Origin: Schmidtea polychroa
Taxonomy: Eukaryota
Direction: 5' to 3'
Length of the DNA stretch: 64,000 nucleotides
NCBI GenBank assembly: GCA_044892525.1
Contig: CM097885.1
Location: 235,106,001 to 235,170,000, forward strand
Made by a program: the position numbers and the translations under genes. A model generated the notes under the pieces. The model ran no database searches and was not told where the DNA came from. It saw only the letters and a list, made by a program, of their open reading frames with translations. This document shows positions 1-11,699 of the stretch, one piece after another (position 1 is the stretch's first letter; each line of letters opens with the position of its first letter).

Positions 1-576
1 TTCACGTTGTTTGACGATCGCTCGCTCACGTTGACGCTTTTTACGCTCCGCTCTGGATAATTGACGACGCTTAGGTTTCGAAGGGTTAACAGACGATATT
101 ACTGAGGATGTCGTAGTTGATGGCAATGCCTTGCTAGTACCGAGAATAAGTACGTCCGTTGGCCTGGGGGAGAGGTCGGCCTCTACGCACTCACGACAAG
201 ACTTTTTAGATAAAGGTGGTGAATTGACTGAAGGGTCATGGTGGACGGGGAAGATATTGTCCGCTTCTTTAATGGGGATACTAACGATCTTCCGGGTTGT
301 TGCTGCTTGGACGTAAACTTTATGTAGAGCTTCGGACTGCTCTTTGATCAGGCTACGCTGAGATCTACTTTCGTTTATCAAAGCATCGCGACAATGCTCG
401 CTGCGGTACAATTTCTGTTGTACCTCCTTCATTTGTACTGGGCTAAACCATGTACCTTCCAGATCGTCGATTTTCTTTTTATATCGACCGATCTGGGCCT
501 GTAATTCTCTGATTACGGTGTTTTTGTCGGCGCAGGAGAAGCAGGGTTTGAGAGACGACTTCGAGCTTGGCAACAT
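1..576 (-). CDS. Element-encoded coiled-coil/basic protein (TWFSP family), 3'-partial; not in the ORF track
   Basis: ATG at 576 is open to base 1: MLPSSKSSLKPCFSCADKNTVIRELQAQIGRYKKKIDDLEGTWFSP...KPKRRQLSRAERKKRQRER. Colinear with ORF 47228..47977, with many silent changes. Preceded by a pyrimidine tract and AG (587-586). Confidence 0.85.
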   Translation of the reverse strand, partial: MLPSSKSSLKPCFSCADKNTVIRELQAQIGRYKKKIDDLEGTWFSPVQMKEVQQKLYRSEHCRDALINESRSQRSLIKEQSEALHKVYVQAATTRKIVSIPIKEADNIFPVHHDPSVNSPPLSKKSCRECVEADLSPRPTDVLILGTSKALPSTTTSSVISSVNPSKPKRRQLSRAERKKRQRERAIVKQRE

Positions 577-2068
577 TTTCGATGACTATAACGAAGAAAA
601 ACAATAAAGATAAAAAGAAAACCAGCTATTTCTATTAAACCAGCATGGGACATAATCATTTATTAATTTTCGTACAAGCTATACATTACTTTTAATGTAG
701 TCCAAATTAAATCGACGTAAAAGGGATCATAATGACGAGGTGAAGAGAGTCTTCGATTAGTTGATACTGAATCCGAAGGTTATCTACCTGCATGGTGATT
801 TACAAGTCAGGACCCCTTTCCCTGTAGTGTAATAGAGCAAATTGCCGTCGACAAAAATTCATAATTAATTAGACGTGGGGACATTCGACTTCCTTTCATA
901 AAAATAGACGACGTAATTGATCAGATAACTAATAATATCTTTTAAAATGAACTACAAAAATTTTATTGCCAATGCATTCTGATTCCTCGACTAAATAGAG
1001 TATTGTCTTTCAAAGACATAATTCAAGAATCCCACCCCGACGCGCGGACACGCATAAAAAATATTAATCAGTAGCTGCAGGTTCCCTGGTTAACACTAAA
1101 TTATTATAAGTATATGCAAGCCCGCCTTGCTGTCATCCATTGTTATACTGGTGTTCAAAATTAGCATTCCACAAATTAAAATTTAATATAAGATATAATT
1201 AGTCACACGTAGAAAACACCTGCAATAAAATCAATCTCATAAAAATAGCTTTCTAAAATAGATAATTGAAACATGAAATAGGTAGTCAGATATCGATCTG
1301 AGTCAACCCGTCGTGTGTGTGTATTTCAATTTCTATTCTCAGCGTCATTAGCTGACTGGGAAAATACTGCATGTGGCATATGTAAGTATGTACTGGTGTG
1401 TATTAGTGTGTGTGACTTGTCTCGTATGTTCTCTCGTTATCTAACGTTAAAGTTTTACAGCTGATCATTTTACACCGCGAGTTGGATTTAATTCGTTTAA
1501 TCAATATGCTACCTATGATTATTTCTCATCGAACGTGGACATTGGATTTTATTCTCATGATGTGCAGTCTCCTTCGCTTTCTACCTGGATATTATTATTT
1601 CGTGGATATTTTCGGCAACTCATTCGAAAGATCTTCACCTGGACAATATTGGTCGAAGGTGTCTTTTACTGAAAGGACTTCATGTTACCGCTATTGTAAA
1701 TTTCAGGAGAAATGAAAACCGTTTGGTGAAAATTAAAGTGTCTATCGAAAAATGTCTTCGTATTAAAAATATATTCAATAAATTTTCGTTTATACTCCCT
1801 ATACTATTATTTAACATTTAACGAACATATTAGTACTCAGTTTCTCGATTGACGTGAATTTTGACAGAAGAGTGTTTTATCACCAAAAGATGGAGTGTCG
1901 GTTGATGCAAATAGACGATTACTGATGTCGGATGAAATTTCAGAGTGTGATGTCTAAGAAATAAGAATTTGTAGCCACCTCAGTCATTGCCAGTTAAGAT
2001 TACTCTCCCTTTTCAACATTGAAATGTATTCCACTCTACTTTAAGCTATTTCTTGCAGAATTTTATTA

Positions 2069-2203
2069 CCTTCAGCGACGGACCCGTGAGGAAACCCCCA
2101 CATTCCGGCCCACGTCAGCTGCGTGATTGAAGAGATCCACACCCACCGGCTGAGCTCCCGAAGGCTCCTCACACCATGGCGTGGGTATCCTCAACTCCAC
2201 GTT
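2069..2203 (-). ncRNA. Conserved two-hairpin cis RNA structure (family A, copy 1)
   Basis: Homologous to 45495-45630 with compensatory changes, e.g. CCACGCC/GGTGTGG vs CCATGTC/GACATGG and GTGGGG/CCTCAC vs GTGAAG/CTTCAC. CTTCGG apex is conserved. Confidence 0.65.
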
Positions 2204-5199
2204 TCTCAAATATAATTTTATCATAATCAATAAAGCTCGAAGATAAAAACATATCATAAATATTCATATACCATTAGTTTTTAAATTAAATCATGAAACT
2301 GTATTAACATTAAAAAGTGAGATCGAATGAAGAAGTTTTATTAAATATGTTAAGTTAATGTAATAAAATATTTAATCCTTGAAAAACATTTACCAAATTG
2401 TACAATAACAACACATCCTTACTTATCGTTCGTAAATCAGTGATTCCAAAAGGCTGAGCCGAAAAAAAACTAATCAAATCGGTTATAGAAATAGATCGTC
2501 GATAAAATTGTTCCTAATAGTCGTGTGAGTGTCCGGTGATTGTCTGGATAGTCGAGTACCTGTAATTGGTTTGGTTTAACATTCTAACTTAACACTATTT
2601 TTTTACCTGTAATTGGTTTGGTTTAACATTAACTATAGTGAGTTTGCTGTTTACTTATATATGCATTTTTCGTTTATGCGGACCAATCAGAATTGAGTAC
2701 CGCTTAATTTTATTACTTTAATTTATTTTTCTTGTTTTTGAGTTATTTCTTCCTATTTTCTTTATTTTTATTGTGTTTTTATTTATTTTCCTTAATTTCC
2801 TTATTATTTACTACATTTTACGTTATTTTTCGTCATTCTATTATCCTATTTTAATTTTTCTTATTTTTATATTTTTTGTTTTAATTCTTATTTTCTAATT
2901 ATTGTTTTTTCTTATATTCTATTCTATTTTATTCGTCAATCTGTTTATTTTATTTTTATTTTACTTTAGTTATGTTTAACCTAATTTCTCAGCTACCCTT
3001 CGACTCAGCCCAACATATCGAATTAATTTTTTTCAATTTAAGCCTGATCACAGAGATATAGAATGTGTATGATGGTTTAATATCCGTTATATATCTGTAG
3101 AGAGTTGAGTTTGAAAATGCCCTCAGGCGGAAGAGAAGAATAGTATATAAGAACCCCATTTAATTGTGTTTGTAATTTAGTGTTCAAACTCTTTGAAAAC
3201 CTCAGAAAGGACCAGGAACAGGCCCAACAACAAGTCGAGCGCCTTCAGCCAAGTGGTGGGTTACTGATGATCAAATATTTTGCTCTTTAGTGCTGTTACC
3301 AGCGTAACCCAAGATACAACATTGTTTACCGCTTGATACCCGTTGAGCGATCAACGTTGGTACTGTATCAAGTGGGGGAGTGCTCGCAAGAAGTGAGCGC
3401 GTTATCCACACTATAATTGTCGGGCACTCCTTTGGGTTCACGGACTACCGATAGAAGGCTTGCGTCCGATTTTTCCTGGTCCCTTCACCAGATTGTCTTC
3501 CCAATATCTTGCCTTATTCATACCACTTATCTCCCACACACATCATTTTCATCAATTCCGGCACACACGCAATCATTTCCTGGCAACTTCCTAGTGAAAG
3601 TTAATAATTATTTATTAAACTACCACACATAAGTCAGGTTTATGTTGAGTCAACTTACCATTCAACATTGATAATTATTACTTAATTTCAATTCAGACGA
3701 ATCCAGATTAAACTAAAGTTGAGTTTAATTATCCAGAATTCGTTCCCCTTTAAAATTAAATTTTCAATTAATAATAAAAATGAAATTTTGATCCAAGGTG
3801 TTTAAATCACCTATTTATAATTACTATGATGTTGCTAATTGGTATTTATTTAAATAATAATTTAAATTTGTAAGTTTTAAAATCTCTATTTTAATTTATG
3901 CTTTTTATATTAATAAAAATTCAAAATATAATTAATAATCAATTAAATTACCTTAGGTCATTAACCTAAAAAAATCATATATATAATTTTTTAATATTAA
4001 TAAAATTTTCCATAATTATTTATATTAATAAACTGAAGAAATTTTTGTAAATTAAATTTTTTAGAAGCAAGAATGCGACAAAAACCTCACCAGCGGCTGG
4101 CACCATGCGCGGTTCGCTTTTGGTTCCTAGTTTGGAAATATTACTTATAATTATGAGAGGAATAACGAAAGGGTAATAACTATTTTATGAAATATTTATA
4201 ATTATAATTTATGGTCTAGATTCACTACAGAGACCGACACCCTCAGGAATGATAGCTATCCATGCTCGAGTGACTTTAAAGTTTATTAGAAACTTTGACC
4301 ATCCAATTTAATTTGTATTCATAAATAAATTTAGATTTTCGGGTTTTAATTTAAATAACATTTAAATTTTCATTTATCATTTAATGTAATTTTATTTTCT
4401 GGGGCACTTGCTCCAATTTATTCAGATCATTTATTATTACCAGAGAGCCTGAAACCTATTTAATCATGCCATGCGAATCCTTTTATTTGATGAATTATAT
4501 ATCCAAAGGGTCTGATTTCCTGGATTATATTTAACACTCAGGTAATGATTTGTTGCCTCCCGCTTTACACATTGTTGTATAGTGATCACAACTATAACTC
4601 CAACAACAACATTGGGGATTGAAATGAGGTAAGCTCCACTTATAGGTAAATTGGCTAAACTGTTCGCATCATCCTATAACCTGGGCGTATTTATGTAAAA
4701 CGAGAATCTATAGTTTTGAAAATTTGATATAGGTATATCTACGCTCGTACACACATATATATATATACATACATACACACATATATATATATACATACAT
4801 ACACATATACATCTACCTGTATATGTATGCAATTTAAATTATTAATATTGATGTCGTCTTCGACCATTATTTACCTGGGGGGGGGGGTGTTACTAAAAAT
4901 AAACCTTAGTGATTTCCTTTAATATTATTGGGTGTAAATGTTCTAAAATTAAATTTGTCATTAGGGGAATCCCAAAATCGATAATTTTGTTTAAAATTTT
5001 ACTTTTAAGAAATAATAATTACTTTAATAATACAATCAGTTTAGTGGGGTTACCGGGGAAAATAAAATCAATGATATCAATAAGATGTAATAGTAGTACT
5101 AATGATAGTAGCATTAATATTAAAATAACAATAATAACAATATCAATAATGATAAACGGCGAATGTACCTTGATATCTTTATGAAATTACCACGGGTAT

Positions 5200-6010
5200 A
5201 TAGCTTGGGGGTCATTTAGGAATTTTAAGAGTTATCATTTTAAAATCAAATATAAGATGAATATATACATATATAAACATACACATATACACACACATAT
5301 ATAAATATATATAAAAGTAGTCTATCTTAGTGTAAATTTAGATAAATATATAATTTGAGGGGGGTCATTTAGGAAATTTACAATCTATAATTTTAAATAT
5401 AATATAAGTGGAATATATATTAAGATAAGCTAATCTAGCATACTTAGGTAATGGTTAATGACTATATGATTTTGAGGGGGGTCATTCATAAAAATTTACA
5501 ATTTACATTTTTAAATATAATATAAGTTAAATATGTATTAAAATAAGTTAATTTAATATATTTAGGTGGTAGGGGATGACTATATGGTTTATGGGGGTCT
5601 TTGATGAAAATTTTTCAACTATAATTTTAAAGGTAATCTAAGTTAAGTATATATATTAAATAGTCTAAATTAGTGTATCAGGTAGTGGTTAATGGTTATA
5701 TGAATTAAGGGGGGTCATTTATCGAAATTTTCTAAATTTATATCGTAAAAGTAAGGTATTAATGTATTTAGACAACAATTAATGGTTAGGTGACCTGAGG
5801 AATTATTAAGGTGGATAACTGTACATATATAAGTTAATTTATTACTATATATATATATTGTTCTCGACAAATGTGTAGTTTGAGGGGGGTACTTATGAAA
5901 AAATGTAAATTATACTTTTATAAGTTTCAGATATACATATATAAGTTAGATTGTGAATCTAGATATTTGTTTCGACGATTGCGTAACTTGGGGGGGGGGG
6001 GGGTATTTAT
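5200..6010. repeat. Degenerate ~115-175 bp subrepeats, each carrying a G5-6-TCATT-like motif
   Basis: GGGGG(G)TCATT or a variant recurs near 5207, 5359, 5475, 5593, 5709, 5885 and 5991. Confidence 0.6.
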
Positions 6011-6054
6011 AAAATATTTACCACTTATTATAGATTATATTTTTATCGCTAACG

Positions 6055-6810
6055 TAATTTATATTTTATACTTTTATGACCAAATTCAGATTATAATTTA
6101 TAGACTTTCAGCTAATATAAGTTTATAATTTATATTTTTATGAAATTAAATTTATAGTTTATGTTTTTAAAGCTATTATAATTTTATAATTTATACTTTT
6201 GAGTTTATAATTTATATTTTTATGAAGTTAAATTTATAGTTTATATTTTAAAGCTAATATAATTTTATAATTTATATTTTTATGAAGTTAAATTTATAGT
6301 TTATATTTTAGAGCTAATATAATTTTATAATTTATACTTTTAAGTTTATAATTTATATTTGGTGAAGTTCAATTTATAGTTTATATTTCTAAAGCTAATA
6401 TAATTTTATAAGTTATATTTTTAAGTTTATGATTTATATTTTTATGAAGTTAAGTTAAATTTATAGTTTATATTTTGTAGCTAATATAATTTTATAATTT
6501 ATACTTTTAAGTTTATAATTTATATTTTGTGAAGTTAAATTTATAGTTTAAGTTTCTAAAGCTAATATAATTTTATAATTTATACTTTTATGAAGTTAAG
6601 ATTATAATTTGTACTTTTATAATTAACTTAGAGTTATAATTTATAATTTTTATCGTCAATATAAATTTGTAATTTATAATTTTAAGAAGTTAAATTTATA
6701 ATTTATACCTTTTTAACTAATCATAATTTATATTTTGAAGAAATTAAATCTATAAGTATAATTCATATTTTTATGAAATTGAGAGGATAATTTATACTTT
6801 TGTGGGTTAC
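6055..6810. repeat. AT-rich minisatellite inside family B
   Basis: Repeated ATAATTTATATTTTT / GAAGTTAAATTTATAGTTTATA / GCTAATATAATTTT units. An analogous AT-rich array lies at about 37000-37720 in B copy 2. Confidence 0.8.
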
Positions 6811-7148
6811 GATTTGTATTTTTATAGTTAGTTTAGAGTCTATTCAATTTAAAATACAAGTCTTGCTGATACGCATGTCGAACACCTTTATGAATACTAT
6901 CACTACTAAATCAATCATTTTTAAAAAATCTTTACTTTACACTATTACTAGAAAATTGATTTAAGACTTTTATAAATCTAGATTCGACAAACGTATAATT
7001 TGATGATATTTAACCGTCTACATTAATTGTGAATTGTAGATTTGTGATTAATTTAGGTCTGAGATCTACTCTGTTTATTAACCTTAGTGTATTGTATTGT
7101 GATGATTTTGGATGTAGATTCTAACTATGTAAGTTATTCATGTATTGA

Positions 7149-7335
7149 AAGTCGGGAAGAGTGTTTGCTTTCGCGGCCCCACTGTGACCACTACGACAAA
7201 CCTTACTGTTGTGTGGTAAGTCAACCCTTTACGGCTGACCTATAATAAATAGGTAGAGTCAAACGGAGGATTTCATCGACCTAACTCCATGGCAGAACCA
7301 TGAAGTGGTGCGACCTCCGAATGACCTGAACAAAA
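7149..7335 (-). ncRNA. Conserved three-hairpin cis RNA structure (family B, copy 1)
   Basis: Matches 38214-38400 with covariation. Minus-sense stems: GTCAGCC/GGTTGAC vs GTCGACA/TGTCGAC and GTTTG/CAAAC vs GCTTG/CAAGC. CGGAGG/CCTCCG and ACTTCATGG/CCATGGAGT are shared. Confidence 0.6.
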
Positions 7336-9117
7336 AAAAACCAATAATATTGATAAGTGCGTGCCAGGCAGTGGCCTGCAATCATTGTGGGCTGTTTACT
7401 CATCGATGATAAAGTGCATAGGTGCAGGGTTGGCTGGGATCTCGCTTCAAAATCAATGATAACCGACGATCTCACTCAAACCTACATTTCTATAGTTAAA
7501 AAGAAATAATGAAAACAAGGTTTCAATAATAATAATTTATAATTCACAATGAAATCGTCCTTACCTACAATCTCAGAAAAATCAAAACCAAAAATTTGGC
7601 ATAAGAGTAAAAATATTCATTTGCATTTTTTCCTTTTAAAGTGACGAAATGTGTTAGTTTATATAGCCTCTGTTTGACGTGTAAGTATATATGCGTGCAT
7701 TGATGCAGTAAAACAAATTCGGATTATTTTAATTCTCGAACATTCGATTTTTAATTTTTATCGATTTTGATGGCGATTTTTCAGTAAGAATTTTTGTTTT
7801 TATTTTTGGAATTTTGTTTTTGAATTATTTTTTATTAAATTTGCCTCCATGATGGATTTCAGCATTTCCAGAACATTCCATGATAAATTTAATCTATTTC
7901 TTATTTTTAAATTGTTTTTTTATGATTTCTTTTCTAAAAATTTTATTTTTTAAACTAAAATATTTATTTTTTATAAATTTTATTGGGTCGTTTGGTGGTC
8001 ATGATGGATTTCGCCATTTTTATGAATTGTTCTGGACTTTTATTTAAAATATCGATATAATTTACTTTACGTAAGATTTTATGGAGATTTTCTTTAATTT
8101 TCTTTTTTAATTTTTACTAATCGCCTTTATTCGAATTTGTTTTTGGTTGTTTTATGTCTTTCGGTTATATTTGAGTAAGTTTTTGTGTAATACTTCTTGC
8201 TCGTGTTTTATTTTATTTTTAATTCAGATGTTTTATTTTTGGGTATATTATCTCTCTATTATCATTGTTTACTTGGTGTTTTATATATTTTTATTTAAGT
8301 AAACTTAATGCTGGGTATGCGTGTTGTGTACTGACACATTTCGTCCCATTCCCAACTTTGGGTCTAGAAATCAGTTCTAGCCCAACACAAGTATCATCAA
8401 GTTTAAGGAACGATGCAGAGAGATGGAACGTACTTGGTTTCGTCCCTAGGTTATGCATAAGCGCATGAAACAGATCGAGGAACTGCAGCTAAAGTACTCA
8501 AGACAAGACCGAAATCCGTGCACTGAAATTACAAATGCGCGTAATGGAGACACGCCTAAACCAGAGAAGCATAGACGAGCATGTTGCTGCAGCCGTCCAC
8601 CCAATGTCCACGGAGCTGGCCGAAATCCGTATGGCCAAAACTACCAAGTCCAAGCGCAAGCGGCTAGGTCGAGATGGGAGAGAACGGCTAAATCGACTGC
8701 GATTAGCTGACCAAGAACACCCGGTCGAACCAGGATCGTCGCAGTCCAAACCACTTCCCCAAACAATAAATGAACGATATGATTAACTTGTAAATAAAAT
8801 TGTAGTACTTTGATACTAGTGTGATGCATGTTAGTTTGATGAGGTTGAGTGGAAAATTGTGAGATTTTGGAAAACAATCGAGTCAAAGGACCAGAGCAAA
8901 TCGGACGTGCATCTTCTATCGATAGACCGTGGACCCAAAGAGTGCCCGACAATTATAGTGCAAGTAGTGCGTTCACTTTTTGCGAGTACTCACCCAGTTG
9001 ATACATTACCAACGATGATCACTCATCGGGTATCAATTGGTAGGATCATCATTGTATTCTGGGTTATGTTGGAAACTGCACGAAGGGGTAAGATGTCTGA
9101 CTACCTGTAACCCACCA

Positions 9118-9315
9118 CTATTTGTGTCTGTGACTTCATGTAAGAGGAGCTCTTAAAAACTGAAGATTATAAAAAACTATTTGCGATACACCATGGGACA
9201 GTCAAGGCTTTCTTATCTGAATTCTATTATCAGTTGAAATGGAAGGTATATTGATTTTTGATGGAATGATTGACAGGTTTTCAGCTTTGAAGATCAAGAA
9301 AGGAAAATTTTAAAA
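9118..9315 (+). pseudogene. hAT transposase C-terminal dimerisation-domain relic
   Basis: Reads VSVTSCKRSS*KLKIIKNYLRYTMGQSRLS, matching the hAT consensus PVSVASCERSFSKLKLIKNYLRSTMGQERL. Confidence 0.75.
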
Positions 9316-10167
9316 AAAGCATGATGTTAAAATAACAATAACTTAATTTTGTTGCAGTCTTCTGATGGTTAAAGCATCATGCTTTTACAATAAATTATAG
9401 AGTTTAATTTGATTTTTCTTATGTCGTTAATAACTTTTTGATTTATTTTTCAAACATTACTATCGGCGATTATGTATGGTCTCGAAAGAAGTCAATGACT
9501 CCATATTGGAAGTTTGGACTCTGGCGTGGTGAGTGGGTGATATCATCAGTTTACCTCACTATGTGACACGAACCCAAGTGATACTTCTATCAGAAGACAT
9601 CATTCATTTTTGAGTGCTCTTATTAACTCAATGATGTAAATTTCTAATCTTATAAATTAATCTCAAAAAGGTTAAATATTTATAAAGTTTTCGTGAAAAT
9701 TAAATTAATTAAAATTTTTAAATTTTAAAATTTAAAATTTAACAACTTGAATTATCAAATTTGATAGAATTTTTTTACATGACTTAATAAATTTTCATAG
9801 TAGTAAATAAAAAAACATAATAAAATGTGTAAGTCTTCATCACAATTTTTATTTATTATTTATAATTATTTTGATGAGTAAACATTTTGTCAAAAGTTTC
9901 CTTTTTGCAAAATCATTTATTATAAGCATATAATTTCTCAAAATCTCAAATTAATATAATTGGTAATAAAACAAGTAATTATGTTATAAATGAAATTTAT
10001 TGTTTTGTACTGCAATTTATTAAATAAGTACTTAATTTGAAATTAAAAAAAGTTAATTAATATCAAAAAACCAAAATTAAACTCAAAAATACCGCAACGT
10101 AAGTTATTCATTGAAATTAAATATATAATCTAAAAGTTTTTTCAATTTTTCATATAATACTTTTAAT

Positions 10168-10545
10168 ATGTCTGCGAAAGGTAAAGCTGGTAAAACAACT
10201 AAGTCTCAAAGCAAAACACGTAGTTCGAGAGCTGGTCTACAGTTTCCTGTTGGAAGAATTCACAGGAAGTTGCGAAAGGGAAATTTTGCTGAACGTGTAG
10301 GAGCTGGTGCCCCAGTTTATTTGGCAGCAGTATTGGAATATCTGGCCGCAGAAGTATTAGAATTAGCTGGCAATGCTGCTAGAGATAACAAGAAAAGCCG
10401 TATTATACCCCGTCATTTGCAACTAGCTATTAGAAATGACGAAGAATTAAACAAATTACTGGGTAAAGTAACCATTGCACAAGGCGGTGTTTTGCCAAAT
10501 ATACAAATTTCTCTTTTACCCAAAAAAGCCGAGGAGAAGAAGTAA
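10168..10545 (+). CDS. H2A: Histone H2A (canonical, replication-dependent type)
   Basis: [14 protein letters not shown]...[32 protein letters not shown]...GGVLPNI. Intronless, with TATATAA at about 10122. Confidence 0.98.
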   Translation: MSAKGKAGKTTKSQSKTRSSRAGLQFPVGRIHRKLRKGNFAERVGAGAPVYLAAVLEYLAAEVLELAGNAARDNKKSRIIPRHLQLAIRNDEELNKLLGKVTIAQGGVLPNIQISLLPKKAEEKK

Positions 10546-10571
10546 TTTAATTTTATTGAGAATGCTCAAAC

Positions 10572-10587
10572 GGTCCTCTTTAGGGCC
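10572..10587 (+). promoter_or_regulatory. Histone mRNA 3' stem-loop
   Basis: GGTCCT-CTTT-AGGGCC (6-bp stem, 4-nt loop), flanked by AAAC and ACA, about 25 nt after the H2A stop. Confidence 0.92.
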
Positions 10588-11699
10588 ACATATATTGATT
10601 GTGCAATGGGCTAATGCGTTTAATATTATTAAAATATGTAAAAGTTTGTATTATAATAACCGACTTCTACTCACGTTTTATACAATCATAATATTATTAA
10701 ATATACCAAGTTAATGTTAAATTATCATGTAATACATTATATGCAGAATGTAATTTCTAACTAGTAGATGCTGTATTTATTTTGTATAAATTATAAATAT
10801 TTTAAAATCTCTTGAAAGTTGATTTTTTAATTTTTTTGTTTGTAGTATATTCAGATAAAATCCAAATTTGACTAGTAATATAAACTATATGGTCAATAAT
10901 GCTCTACCTTTGGTACTGGAACCTAAAACTAGACTTAGCGAAATCTCCAAGTACCAAATAACTATATATAATGGTATCAGTTGCCTCTTTTAATTATGAA
11001 TTCGAATTTATAATTTACACAGCTAGATTATGTAATTAAATATATAAAATTTTAAAAATTCACAAGTTTATCTATTTTTTTACAACTAACAATTATTAAT
11101 ATTAAATTAAAAATATTTATTGCAACATTTAACAAGATAAATATCCTTAACTGAGTTTTCTTCTGCAGTATTTTGATTACATGCTCTACTTTTTTAAAAA
11201 ACTAATCTGAAAATTTTCGTCCGTTTTGTGCAAATAAATCCAAAGTACGCTTTTATGTTAATTCGAATATTATTATCTTCCTTAATGTTGCAATTTTCAT
11301 TGAAAAATATTAACTTTTAATTAATTGAATAAATTAATATAAAAATAATTAGTTAATATTAATATTTAAGTAGTTTTTAATTAACGATTACAAATCCGAA
11401 AAATTAATTATAAAAATATCACCGCCAAGCTAAAGTTAGAAAACTGGAAGTTACAAATACCTTAGGAAGCTGCAATTGAATTCATGGGAAATAACTGAAC
11501 TCTGGCAGCATAAAGTAATCAAAATAATTCATTATACTAGGGATGGAGAACCTGTGGATTTCTGAGGCTATTAGAAGGCATTTCGACTGTATTAAAAAGG
11601 GCAATCATTTTAAATAGTTCATTATTAGAAAAAAAAATTAGACCACATGGTTAATTAGTCACTGAAAACTTGCAGTCTCTACGATATAATAAAATACAC

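Larger units (their letters stand above)
1..3015 (-). mobile_element. Family A LTR-like element, copy 1 (runs off the window start)
   Basis: On the minus strand it starts TGTTGGGCTGAGTCG (3015), as at 44640. It shares with 44640-48500, in the same order: the A-rich block, the CCAAT/TATA block (2655-2706), the structured module (2069-2203) and the ORF. Confidence 0.85.
3254..8387 (-). mobile_element. Family B LTR-like element, copy 1 (5134 bp, probable solo LTR)
   Basis: Plus-strand ends are TGGTGGGTTAC...TTCTAGCCCAACA, with 4-bp TSD CAAG (3250-3253 / 8388-8391). Colinear with 35057-39378. Confidence 0.88.
3181..8786 (+). pseudogene. Disrupted TWFSP-family gene (pieces 3181-3253 and 8392-8786)
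   Basis: Rejoined: (V)FKLFENLRKDQEQAQQQVERLQPSIIKFKERCREMERTWFRP*VMHKRMKQIEELQL/QDKTEIRALKLQMRVMETRLNQRSID...KSKRKRLGRDGRERLNR. TAG at 8447-8449 and a frameshift near 8495. Homologous to 43909..44201. Confidence 0.8.
3016..9117 (+). mobile_element. Family E LTR-like element (5' part cut by the family A copy, interrupted by family B at 3254-8387)
   Basis: Ends ...GTAACCCACCA at 9117 with the terminal module (about 8925-9117). Its ORF rejoins in frame across the CAAG TSD of the B insertion. Followed directly by a hAT relic. Confidence 0.75.

Noticed and set aside
3260..3310. CTGATGA suggesting a hammerhead ribozyme core
   Set aside because: Not conserved in the other copies (e.g. CTGGTGA), and no correctly placed GAAA and cleavage triplet.
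6055..6810. Regular repeats suggesting a CRISPR-like array
   Set aside because: Degenerate AT-rich minisatellite with no unique spacers and no cas genes, in a eukaryotic context.
9061..9117. A genuine tRNA gene
   Set aside because: Only 57 nt, with no T-loop (GTTCRA), A/B boxes or anticodon arm. Reported as tRNA-like only.
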